From assembly GCA_965207735.1 (NCBI GenBank), contig OZ242296.1:2208001-2272000 (forward strand): 64,000 nucleotides of DNA, written 5' to 3'. Source of the stretch: Candidatus Versatilivorator sp. Lineage in GTDB: Bacteria > Acidobacteriota > Terriglobia > Versatilivoradales > Versatilivoraceae. The notes under the pieces were generated by a model, which searched no databases, was not told the DNA's origin, and was given only the letters and a program-made list of their open reading frames with translations. Shown here in pieces: positions 1 through 9,019 of the stretch. A program made the position numbers and the translations under genes. The first letter of the stretch is position 1, and every line of letters begins with the position of its first letter.

Positions 1-54
1 ATGGACAGGATTTTTCTTTTGGACAATCCCAGGGCTTCCCGCCCGGCCACCCCC

Positions 55-80
55 AACTAACCACTATCCACTATTCACTG
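55..80. repeat. Short ~7-bp periodic repeat (AACTAACCACTATCCACTATTCACTG)
   Basis: CACTAT-like units with 7-nt period just downstream of the stop of the oxidoreductase gene. Confidence 0.4.
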
Positions 81-85
81 CCGTT

Positions 86-1258
86 CTACGCCCGGTTGCC
101 GCCGTAGGCGCCTTCAATCAGGTCGCCATGCTGGAACCGCGAAAGGGCGAAGCGGCCGATGTCCGCCGTGCGGGCCCGTCCGTTGACGATCTCCTCGGCC
201 ATCAGCTCCCCTACGCCGGGGGCGATCTTGAAGCCGTGGCCGCTGAATCCGGCGCACATGTAGAACCCCCCGACACCCTCCACCTTTCCCAAAATGGGAT
301 TCCAGTCGGGCGTCACGTCGTAGAGCCCGGTATAGGCGTCGATGGCCAGCGCCTTGTCGAAGGTGGGGAAACGCTGCAGGAACCGCTCGCGGGTCTCCCG
401 GATGAAATCGGGAGCGGCCGACCGCTCGAAGCGGTCGGGGTCCACCTGCTGGTAGTCCTTGGGAAACCCGCGGCCCACCAGGGTGCGCGAAGACCAGTGG
501 GGACGGTAGTAGATGGCCTTGGCCATGTCCGAAAACACCAGCCGGGGAGGACCGCCCACCTCGGCGGTCTCCAACAGGATCTCCTCCTCCCGGGTGACCT
601 GGATGGGCGCCTCCACCCCGGCCCAGCCGGCCACCCTGCCGGCCCAGGGGCCGGCCGCGTTGACCACCACCTCGGTCGATATCTCTCCCTGCGCGGTGTG
701 CACGCCGGCAATCCGCCCGCCCTCCACCCTCAGGCCCTCCACCGGGGTGAGGGGCAGCAGTTGCCCGCCCCGATCCTGGAAGCGCCCCGCGTAGGCGGCG
801 GTGGTGGCATGGGGGTCGGCGTAGCCCGCCCCCGGTTCCCAGGCGATCCGGTCGACGCCGCTCAGATCGATCCGGGGCTCCATCTCCAGCAACTGGCGCC
901 GGTCGATCTCGCGGGTATCGATGCCCAGTTGCCGCTGCATCTCCAGGTTGCGATCGAAGCCCTCCGAAACGTAATCGGGAACCAGAAAGGCCCAACCGCA
1001 GTTCACGAACCCCGGGCTTCCGCCGATCTCATCGTCGAAGTGGTGGAAGATCTGCACCGACCGCTTCACCAGCCGCACCAGGTCGGGATGGGAATAGTGC
1101 TGGCGGATGATGGCCGCCGATCGGCCCGTCCCTCCCGAGGCGATCAGCCCCTTCTCCAGCAAAATCACCTTCCGCAATCCGGCCTTGGCCAGGTTGTAGG
1201 CCGTGCTGGCGCCGTTGACTCCGGCCCCGATCACCACCGCGTCGGCTGTCCTGACCAT
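86..1258 (-). CDS. FAD-dependent oxidoreductase, DAO / sarcosine oxidase beta-like family
   Basis: N-terminal GxGxxG (VVIGAGVNG), GxTGRSAA, VVNAAGPWA, TPDxxPILG and GFSGHGFK motifs. Confidence 0.9.
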   Translation of the reverse strand: MVRTADAVVIGAGVNGASTAYNLAKAGLRKVILLEKGLIASGGTGRSAAIIRQHYSHPDLVRLVKRSVQIFHHFDDEIGGSPGFVNCGWAFLVPDYVSEGFDRNLEMQRQLGIDTREIDRRQLLEMEPRIDLSGVDRIAWEPGAGYADPHATTAAYAGRFQDRGGQLLPLTPVEGLRVEGGRIAGVHTAQGEISTEVVVNAAGPWAGRVAGWAGVEAPIQVTREEEILLETAEVGGPPRLVFSDMAKAIYYRPHWSSRTLVGRGFPKDYQQVDPDRFERSAAPDFIRETRERFLQRFPTFDKALAIDAYTGLYDVTPDWNPILGKVEGVGGFYMCAGFSGHGFKIAPGVGELMAEEIVNGRARTADIGRFALSRFQHGDLIEGAYGGNRA

Positions 1259-1329
1259 GTTGCCCCCTGAAAGGATCCCTTGGTGTCCGCTTGCCGGTCA
1301 ACAAACTGGAAAGAGGATTTGGGATGCTT

Positions 1330-2703
1330 CTATGTGCGGAAGTGCCTGGCTACAACCTCCTCGAAGAATCTCCTGCCAATCTCCTCAATCTTACCCACGG
1401 ACGCACGGCCGCTTCTTTTTCGTTCGACAAACCGCTCTTTGGATATTTCGTACCCGATCTCAAGCAAGTCGGGAACATTCTGCGCCACCACATTCTCGAG
1501 TCGTTCGTAGTTGTATGAATTCTGGGGTTCCTCCCGCGCCACGTGAAGCGTTACTGAGCACCTTTCCCGCAACCTAAAGCTTCCATGTCCGAAGAAAAAA
1601 AGATACCGCGCCGATCGATCGGCCCTCCGAAAATCCACGCGAAGAAACCATGTACGCTTTGCAGATTCGCCACGGCTCAAAGCCAAATACTTTTCGAATT
1701 CAAGGCTGCCAAAGTCCTTGAAATAGACATTCCCGTATTCGGCCAATTCATTGAAGACTCCTACTGTCTGCCGAAGATAGCTCTTAAGGAGTTCCATCGC
1801 ATTCTTCCATACCTCGTACTCGTTTTGTGCACGAACTTTCTCCGGTTCAGTAAACTTCTGCGCCAGTGACTGAGCCCATTCTGTTTGTTCCTGCTGCTCT
1901 CGTGCGGCATGTTCGTACTCTTCCAGGCTTTCCTCCAAACATTCAGCAAGAAGAACTGTAAACGGTGTCAAATCCGACGCTTGAGATGCTTCCAGCGTGT
2001 CGTAATAACGAAGACGGTCTTCCTTAGATATAATCGCAATCGGATAGCCGTACCGCATAAGAAGCAAGTTCATAAGCAGACGCGCCACCCGACCGTTTCC
2101 GTCGACAAACGGATGGATGGTCACGAACCAAGTGTGTGCAACCGCTGCCGAAAGCAATCCCGCAACGCTGGCGAACGAATCATCGCTAGGTGTGCTCACG
2201 TTAGCCAACCAAAGACCGAAATCCCGCATGTGAGCGCCAACCGATTCAGGTGGAGATGGATCAAACTGCGAACCGCTGATCCTGACAGGAACCGATCTAT
2301 AAGCTCCTGCCGCGTCGCCCATGCCATCCAAAACCAGAGAATGGATTTGTCGAATATCATTCTCGACAATCGGATCGTGTGCCTGGCCGGCCAAGTCTTC
2401 CAAAAAATCGATAGCGTGAGAAAGATTGCGTGCTTCGGCCTGGTCCTTCAGGGGCTTGCCGGTGATGGTGAGACCCAACTCAACGACTTGACGGGTTTCC
2501 CCAACTCCCAAGACATTTCCTTCGATCGCGTTTGAGTGATAAATATTCTTGATTCGAAAATATTTCCGAATGCGGTAGAGAACCTCCGGAGACAGACTTC
2601 CTTCTCCTCGCATTCGCTTAACTCGATCCGAAAGATCGCGAAAGTACGAATATCTCGATTCGTCGCAGCTATAAGCAGTGTTTTCAATTTCACGATGGGC
2701 CAT
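1330..2703 (-). CDS. Fic-domain protein (AMPylase-like) with N-terminal inhibitory motif and long C-terminal extension
   Basis: HPFVDGNGRVAR matches the canonical Fic motif; SNAIEGN matches (S/T)xxxE(G/N); DNA visibly more AT-rich than flanks. Confidence 0.92.
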   Translation of the reverse strand: MAHREIENTAYSCDESRYSYFRDLSDRVKRMRGEGSLSPEVLYRIRKYFRIKNIYHSNAIEGNVLGVGETRQVVELGLTITGKPLKDQAEARNLSHAIDFLEDLAGQAHDPIVENDIRQIHSLVLDGMGDAAGAYRSVPVRISGSQFDPSPPESVGAHMRDFGLWLANVSTPSDDSFASVAGLLSAAVAHTWFVTIHPFVDGNGRVARLLMNLLLMRYGYPIAIISKEDRLRYYDTLEASQASDLTPFTVLLAECLEESLEEYEHAAREQQEQTEWAQSLAQKFTEPEKVRAQNEYEVWKNAMELLKSYLRQTVGVFNELAEYGNVYFKDFGSLEFEKYLALSRGESAKRTWFLRVDFRRADRSARYLFFFGHGSFRLRERCSVTLHVAREEPQNSYNYERLENVVAQNVPDLLEIGYEISKERFVERKRSGRASVGKIEEIGRRFFEEVVARHFRT

Positions 2704-2704
2704 G

Positions 2705-3391
2705 TCAGTTCTCTCTATTGGTCATGCCGACATCCAGGATGCCTCCCTGCCCCCGACCCAGAACCTCCTCGGCCAACTCCCGGTAGCCGGCGGCCCGCTG
2801 GCGGATGTCGGCGGCCGGCAGCAGGTCCCGGATGACGGCCACCGAGTCCACTCCCGACCGGAACAGCGTCGGGGCATTCTCCAGGGTGATCCCGCCGATG
2901 GCTACCAGTGGCTTGGAGACGCACTCCCGGATGGCTTGCAGCTCCTGCCGCTCCACCACCGGATCGGGATTTTCCTTGGTCCGGGTGGGAAAGACCGGCC
3001 CGATGGCCAGGTAGTCCGCCGGGCTGTCCTGGGCCTGGCGGGCCTGCTCCAGCCCGTGGGTGGAGAAGCCGATGATGGCCTCCTCGCCCAGAATCTTTCG
3101 GGCCTCGGCGACGGGCAGGTCCTCCTGCCCCAGGTGAACCCCGTCGGCCCCGCTGACCAAGGCCAGGTCGGCGCGGTCATTGACGATGACCTTCAGCCCC
3201 AGCGGCCGCGCCAGGGCCACCAGCCGGCGGCACTCCCGGAAAAGGTCCCCGGAAGAGAGCTGCTTGCCTCTCAACTGAACCCATTGCACCCCGGCATCGG
3301 CCAGCCCGGCCAGAACCGGTTCAAGCGGCCGCTGCAGCACCGCCAGGTCGATGATGGGGTAGAGCGGGAAAATGCGGGCTTGGGACGGCAT
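2705..3391 (-). CDS. thiE: Thiamine-phosphate synthase
   Basis: VQLRGK, IVNDRADLA, GVHLGQEDL, IGPVFPTRTK and VAIGGIT motifs. Confidence 0.93.
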   Translation of the reverse strand: MPSQARIFPLYPIIDLAVLQRPLEPVLAGLADAGVQWVQLRGKQLSSGDLFRECRRLVALARPLGLKVIVNDRADLALVSGADGVHLGQEDLPVAEARKILGEEAIIGFSTHGLEQARQAQDSPADYLAIGPVFPTRTKENPDPVVERQELQAIRECVSKPLVAIGGITLENAPTLFRSGVDSVAVIRDLLPAADIRQRAAGYRELAEEVLGRGQGGILDVGMTNREN

Positions 3392-3439
3392 GAGCCTGGA
3401 AGGAGCGCCCTGCTCTGCCCTAGTGGGCGTCCCGGCAGG

Positions 3440-4771
3440 TCAGGCGTAGCGCTCCATGAACCCGGTATCCAGGCGTCCGGCCAGGAAATCGGGTTCCTTC
3501 ATGATCCTCTGGTGCAGCGGAATGGAGGTTTGCACACCTTCAACGATGAACATCTCCAGGGCCCGCTCCATCCTGCGAACGGCTTCCGGGCGGCTGGGCG
3601 CGTGCACCACCAGCTTGGCGATCAAGGAGTCGTAGTAGGGGGAGATCTGACACTCGGAGTAAACGGCCGTGTCCACCCGCACCCCTGCGCCTCCCGGCAC
3701 ATGGAAGGTGGTGATCCTCCCCGGAGAGGGCCTGAAGGTCTCCGGATCCTCGGCATTGACGCGGCATTCGATGCTGTGGCCCCGCAGCCTGAGGGGTTCC
3801 TCCAGCTCCAGGGGCTCCCCGGCGGCCATCCGGATCTGCAGCTTGACCAGGTCCACGCCCGCGACCATCTCGGTGACGGGATGTTCCACCTGAATCCGGG
3901 TGTTCATCTCCATGAAATAGAAGTTGCGGTCCTCGTCCACCAGGAACTCCACCGTTCCGGCGCCGGAGTATCCCACCTCCGCCAGAGCCTCCTCCACCTG
4001 CCTGCCGATACTTTCCCGAATGTCCTCGTCCACGATCACCGAAGGCGATTCCTCGATCAGCTTCTGGTGGCGGCGTTGGATGGAGCACTCCCGCTCCCCG
4101 AAGTGAACTACCTTGCCGTGCCGGTCTCCCATCACCTGGAACTCGATGTGGCGCGGCTTTTCCAGATACTTCTCCAGGTAGAGGTCGGGCACCCCGAAGG
4201 CCAGCATGGCCTCATTCTCGGCGGTGGAGTAGGCAGTGGACAGCTCGCCGGGGCCGCGCACGATTCTCATGCCGCGCCCGCCGCCGCCGGCCGCGGCTTT
4301 GACGATGATGGGATAGCCGATTCCGGAGGCAACCTCCAGGGCCTGATCCAGCGACTCCAGGGCCCCCTGGCTTCCCGGCAGCACCGCCAGCCCGGCCTCG
4401 ACCATGCGGGCGCGGGCTCGGGCCTTGTCTCCCATGAGCCGGATCACCTGGGGCGAGGGTCCGACAAAGCGGACGTTGCAGGCTTCGCAGACGTCGGCGA
4501 AGTAGGCATTCTCGGCCAGGTAGCCGTAGCCCGGGTGGACGGCGTCCACGTCGGCGACCTCTGCCGCGCTGATGACGCTGGGGATGTTGAGGTAGCTCTC
4601 GGTGCTGCGTGCCGGACCCACGCAGACCGCCTCGTCGGCGAAGCGGACGTGCAGCGAGTCCCTGTCAGCCTCTGAAAAGATGGCCACCGATTTGATGCCC
4701 AGCTCTCGACAGGCGCAGATGACGCGTAGCGCGATCTCGCCACGATTGGCCACCAGGATTTTCTTGAACAT
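3440..4771 (-). CDS. accC: Acetyl-CoA carboxylase biotin carboxylase subunit
   Basis: [59 protein letters not shown]. Confidence 0.97.
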   Translation of the reverse strand: MFKKILVANRGEIALRVICACRELGIKSVAIFSEADRDSLHVRFADEAVCVGPARSTESYLNIPSVISAAEVADVDAVHPGYGYLAENAYFADVCEACNVRFVGPSPQVIRLMGDKARARARMVEAGLAVLPGSQGALESLDQALEVASGIGYPIIVKAAAGGGGRGMRIVRGPGELSTAYSTAENEAMLAFGVPDLYLEKYLEKPRHIEFQVMGDRHGKVVHFGERECSIQRRHQKLIEESPSVIVDEDIRESIGRQVEEALAEVGYSGAGTVEFLVDEDRNFYFMEMNTRIQVEHPVTEMVAGVDLVKLQIRMAAGEPLELEEPLRLRGHSIECRVNAEDPETFRPSPGRITTFHVPGGAGVRVDTAVYSECQISPYYDSLIAKLVVHAPSRPEAVRRMERALEMFIVEGVQTSIPLHQRIMKEPDFLAGRLDTGFMERYA

Positions 4772-4918
4772 GACGACTTCCGCGGTTCTGGGGCGGGTCC
4801 GACCCGCGTTTCCGGATTTGGAGGAAAGGCTCAGGCTGGAGGGAGAACCGGAGGACGTCCGACACGGTCCCGCGAGAGGACTCCGGACTGACCGCCGGCA
4901 CCCGATCCGGCCGGTCGA

Positions 4919-5383
4919 TCATCCCGTTCGGCGAATCCCGAAAAGCGCCTGGTTGTACTCCACGGGCTCGCCGTTGTTCACATAGATCTCGGCGACTTCA
5001 CCATCGGCATCCGAGGGGATCTCGTTCATCAGCTTCATGGCCTCGACGATGCACAAAATCTGTCCGGACCGCACCCGGTCGGCCACCTGGACGAAGGGGT
5101 CGGCGTCCGGTTTGGCCGAGCGGTAGAAGGTTCCCACCATCGGGGATCGAATCACGTGCAAGTCGGGCTCGGCGCCCGCGGGGGCTTCCGCGCCTGCCGC
5201 GGCCGGCTGCTCCGGGCCGATTCCGACGACGGAACTCTCCACCGTCACGGAGGGCGATCCGGCTTGGGATGAGGGGGCCTCCTTGCGGATTCTGATCTTG
5301 ACACCGGTCCGCTCCAGCTCCAGCTCGGTGATCCCGCTGTCGCAAACCGCCTGAATCAACTCCCTGATCTGTTCGATATTCAT
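4919..5383 (-). CDS. accB: Acetyl-CoA carboxylase biotin carboxyl carrier protein
   Basis: SPMVGTFY and EAMKLMNEI biotinylation motif; directly upstream of accC. Confidence 0.96.
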   Translation of the reverse strand: MNIEQIRELIQAVCDSGITELELERTGVKIRIRKEAPSSQAGSPSVTVESSVVGIGPEQPAAAGAEAPAGAEPDLHVIRSPMVGTFYRSAKPDADPFVQVADRVRSGQILCIVEAMKLMNEIPSDADGEVAEIYVNNGEPVEYNQALFGIRRTG

Positions 5384-5476
5384 CCGGTCGCTCCTCTTTC
5401 CTCCCGGCCGCCGGCACGGTACGGCCGCCGGCCCATCCGGCAGCGGCAGAGGCGGCCTTGGGCGGAATAGCGGCTA

Positions 5477-5505
5477 AGTATAGCCAGAGCCATCGGCAAT
5501 TACAA
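5477..5505 (-). promoter_or_regulatory. Putative sigma70 promoter of accB-accC-thiE
   Basis: Minus strand TTGTAA-17 nt-TATACT about 95 bp upstream of accB. Confidence 0.55.
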
Positions 5506-5619
5506 TCGGTTTCAGATTGACAGTGAACGGCTTAGACGGCAACTAACGGCCGGGGGTGCAATTGCGGGTTCCTCTCGCCTGGGGAGCGGTTCATCGGCCG
5601 GCGCCCATTGACGCCTGGG

Positions 5620-6485
5620 ATGCCTTTCCATGGGCTTACGCCCACGGCTACCTGCTGCCGCCGCCTTCGCGGCTCGGGGTTGGGGGCATCGTTTTCCATG
5701 GGCTTACGCCCACGGCTACCTGCTGGCGCCGCCTTCGCGGCTCCGCTGGAACCCCCCGGCTCGCGCCCGGGGGACAATTCATCGAATAGTCGCCGGCCCC
5801 CAGCTTGTGTCGCATTTCGGCCAGTGCGCCGATTGATTGGCTGGGTTCCAAGACTCCATTGCCTCTTCAAATCTATCCCCCTTACCCTCGGGCCTTCCTG
5901 CTGTCGCCGCCTTCGCGGCTCGGCTTTGGGGCATCTCTTTCCATGGGCTTACGCCCACGGCTACCTGCTGCCGCCGCTACGCGGCTCTATAGGAAGGCCT
6001 GCATATGTGGCGTTTTCTCATGTGAGACACACCAATCCTGGCTATGCCACGCCCCCAAATCCCCAACTCGGCGGGGAACAAGATCTGAATAGAACTTGTA
6101 GCCCAAGAGAACCCGACACGTCCGAAGCGTAGCGATCTTAAGACTTGATCCTCCCTCGGGCGCCAGCCCGAGGGCATCGAGTGGAGCGGCGAAGACGCGG
6201 CAGCAGGTAGCCGTGGGCGTAAGCCCATGGAACAGGGAGTCTTAGCGTCGAGCCGCGTAGGCGGCGACAGCAATCAGCCTTGGTGCTCGGTCTCGAACAG
6301 GTAGCTAGGATCAAAGTTGATCCGATGTTCTTTCAATAACTCCAAGGTTTTTTCCGAAACGTCTTGGTCCAATGATGGACGAATTCCCCCGGGGCGCACC
6401 CTCGGAGTTCGATCAGAGCGGCGAAGTCGTGGCAGCAGGTAGCCCCGGGCGGAAATCCCCGCTACCGAAGCCGCGTACGCGGCGA
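5620..6485. repeat. Repeat family A: GTAG-type REP cluster (GTAGCCGTGGGCGTAAGCCCATGG plus AGCCGCGAAGGCGGC hairpin)
   Basis: Copies near 5628, 5695 and 5940 in one orientation, near 6205 and a degenerate one near 6438 inverted; GTAG followed by an imperfect palindrome. Confidence 0.85.
6274..6377 (-). pseudogene. C-terminal remnant of an IS200/IS605-like (Y1/HUH) transposase
   Basis: Manual translation gives HHWTKTFRKK, a frameshift, then LELLKEHRINFDPSYLFETEHQG*, resembling the HHxxxTFxEE..LL..H.I.FD..YLF tail of these proteins; flanked by family A REPs. Confidence 0.65.
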
Positions 6486-6552
6486 ACTAATAGCGCTGTC
6501 CCAAGACCCACCACCCTTTCAAGAAAATGCCGGCCAACCCGGTCCGCCCCTT

Positions 6553-7971
6553 CTACAAGATCCTCGGCGAGAGGAAGAAGACCAGCTCGCGGGTTTCCCG
6601 GACCAGGGATCGATTGCGGAAGAGGGCGCCCACGATGGGAATTTCGCCCAGCCCGGGCACCTGGCCGCGGCTGTCCTGGCGGCTGTCGATCAGGATTCCT
6701 CCGATCGCCACCGTGCCTCCGTTGTTTACCAGGATAGTGGTGGTGGTCTGGTGGGTGTTGACAGTGGGAATCCCCTGGACCTGGCGGGAAAAATCGGGTG
6801 TGGAATTTTCGATGTCCACGCTCAGCAGGATGGCGTCCTGCCGGGTGATCTGGGGGGTCACGGTGAGGCGCAGCACGAAATCGATGAAGCGGGCCGAGAC
6901 GGTGTTGTTCACGGTGGTCTGGATCGGAATCTGGATCCCCTGCTTGACCACCCCTTCCACGTTGTTCTGGGTCAGGATCTTGGGCTTGGAGAGCAGCTTG
7001 GCGTTCCCCTTGCGCTCGGCGGCGGTGATGAGGGCGTCGAGGACGAAGTCGGCCGCCAGGCCTGCGGCAAGAGTGAGGGGGCGGGCGGCTGCGCCGGTTT
7101 GCAGGTCGAGGCTCAGCCGCGACCGCTGCTCCCCCGAGGCCGATTCTCCGCCGGAGGCGGGAGCATCCAGCAGCGGAAAGGGGCTGAAGGCCGGCGCCGA
7201 GCCCGATCCTTCCTGCTGCCCTGTCCGGGCCTGCCGCCCGTAGAGGGCGCTCCACTGGACCCCGATGTCCTGCAGGAAACTCCGGCTGGCAGCCACTACC
7301 CGGGCTTCGATCTCCACCTGGCGGACCTTGCGGTCCAGCTCCCGCAAGAGGGCGTCCACCGCCTCCAGCCTGGGCGGAATGTCCGAAACGACCAGGGCGT
7401 TGGTGCGTTCATCCACGATGATGTCTCCGCGGGGGGAGAGCGCCTTCTTGAGGATGGGGCTCAATTCCGCGGCCTTGGCGAAGCTGGGCCGGCGAATCCG
7501 CGTCTCCAGGTCGGCCGCCGCCACTCTGGCCTGGGCCAGCCGCTGTTGCTGCTGCTGTTCCGCCTCCAGGGTCGAGAGCCTGGAGATCCTGAGCACGTTG
7601 CCGCTCAAGTGCCTGGCCATGCCCTGGTTCTCCAGCACCACCTCCAGAGCCTGGTCCCAGGGCACCTCCTTGAGGAATAGGGTGAGGGACCCTTCCACGT
7701 CGGGGTCCAGGACGATGTTGAGGCCGCTGATGCCGCCGATGAGGCGAAAGAAGTCCTTGAGGTCGGCGTCCTTCAGCTGCAGCGAGATTCGTTCCCCGGA
7801 GTAGGCAACCTTCTCCGTGGAAGCCGGAGGCCGCGCTTCGGCGGCGGGCTCGGGTTTCGGCCCGCCGGACTCCTCCGCGCCACTCCAGCCCCATGGCCCA
7901 GCCGCCCCCTGCCAGCAAAGCCAGAGCCCGCAGCCCCACAGGGCCAGGCGAAGTCGGGATTCAGTTCGCAT
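6553..7971 (-). CDS. pilQ: Type IV pilus secretin
   Basis: YSGERISLQLKDADL, VPWDQAL, QVEIEARVV, VPGLGEIPIVGALFR; start re-called at MRTESRL overlapping the upstream stop. Confidence 0.9.
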   Translation of the reverse strand: MRTESRLRLALWGCGLWLCWQGAAGPWGWSGAEESGGPKPEPAAEARPPASTEKVAYSGERISLQLKDADLKDFFRLIGGISGLNIVLDPDVEGSLTLFLKEVPWDQALEVVLENQGMARHLSGNVLRISRLSTLEAEQQQQQRLAQARVAAADLETRIRRPSFAKAAELSPILKKALSPRGDIIVDERTNALVVSDIPPRLEAVDALLRELDRKVRQVEIEARVVAASRSFLQDIGVQWSALYGRQARTGQQEGSGSAPAFSPFPLLDAPASGGESASGEQRSRLSLDLQTGAAARPLTLAAGLAADFVLDALITAAERKGNAKLLSKPKILTQNNVEGVVKQGIQIPIQTTVNNTVSARFIDFVLRLTVTPQITRQDAILLSVDIENSTPDFSRQVQGIPTVNTHQTTTTILVNNGGTVAIGGILIDSRQDSRGQVPGLGEIPIVGALFRNRSLVRETRELVFFLSPRIL

Positions 7972-8935
7972 GGTTGGCCTCCCCAGGCGCCGGATGCAAC
8001 TTCTTGACCACACGGCGGCTGCGCCTCCCTCCGGCGTCGCCCTCAACCCGCTCGGAAAAGACCACCCCGTCCCCGCCGATCTCCAGGACCTTGCCGTCGA
8101 ACAGGCGGTCTCCCTTCTTCAGCAGAAAGGAGCGGTCCCGACGGCCGGTGGCCAGGGCCGTGTATTCACCTCCGGCCACAACCAGCCCCACCAGCTTCAG
8201 TTCCGATACCCGTTGGCCCTTCAAGCCGCGCGGCCTGACGGCGGCAGGGGCGGCGGGAGGAAGGGGCGTGGAAGACCGCGGGACGCCGAAGGGATCGCGC
8301 CGCCCTCGGGCCCGATAGGGGTAGGCGTTCTGCCCTGCAGGGGGCGCGGGATCGGCGGGGACCTCGACGGCAGAGGCGGCCGGCCGGTAGCGATGGAGAA
8401 CGGCAGTGAGGTCGGCGGTGAGGGTGTGGCGAGAATCCTCCGGGCCGGCAGCCGCGATCCGCAGGTCCTCCAGGCTCACGATGGGGGCCAGCCCGGCCAG
8501 CTTGCCACAGAAGCCTCCCAGGTCGTGGTAAGCGCCGGCCAGCACCAGCCCGTGGGGTTCCCGGAAGAAAGTTTCTCCCTCCTGTGCGGGCTTCTTTCGA
8601 ATCCCCTTGACCTTCAATCCGGACGCCGCTGCCGCTTCCTGCAGATGCCCCAGCAGGCCCATCGCCTCCTCCTCCGGCAGGGCCGCCTCGAGACTTGCCA
8701 GCTTCGAGGCCAGCCTCCGGTTCCGGCCGGACCGCTCCTGGAGCTGCCGCTCCAGCCCTGCTCCCTGCCCCGCCTCCCGGCTCAACGTTTCCAACTGCCG
8801 CCGGCGCAGCTCGATTTCAGCTCCGTACCCGGAGACGAACAGATACCAGCCCAGTCCCAGGACCAGTCCACCCATGCCCAAGGGAATTCCCAGGCGCTGC
8901 AGCCAAGGAGGGATGTGGGTAGTTGTGAGGGTCAT
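7961..8935 (-). CDS. Type IV pilus PilO-PilP fusion-like protein
   Basis: N-terminal TM, coiled coil and LPEEE/GAYHDLGGF PilO-like domain; C-terminal YRARGRRDPF...LKLVGLV...KKGDRLFDGKVLEI PilP-like domain; lies between pilN and pilQ. Confidence 0.75.
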   Translation of the reverse strand: MTLTTTHIPPWLQRLGIPLGMGGLVLGLGWYLFVSGYGAEIELRRRQLETLSREAGQGAGLERQLQERSGRNRRLASKLASLEAALPEEEAMGLLGHLQEAAAASGLKVKGIRKKPAQEGETFFREPHGLVLAGAYHDLGGFCGKLAGLAPIVSLEDLRIAAAGPEDSRHTLTADLTAVLHRYRPAASAVEVPADPAPPAGQNAYPYRARGRRDPFGVPRSSTPLPPAAPAAVRPRGLKGQRVSELKLVGLVVAGGEYTALATGRRDRSFLLKKGDRLFDGKVLEIGGDGVVFSERVEGDAGGRRSRRVVKKLHPAPGEANHAN

Positions 8936-9019
8936 GGAATCAGGTGTCCCCGGGCTGTTCTGGTTGACGCCCGAGGGTTTGCTGTCGCCGCCTTCGAGGC
9001 TCGGCCGGCGTCGCTGATT

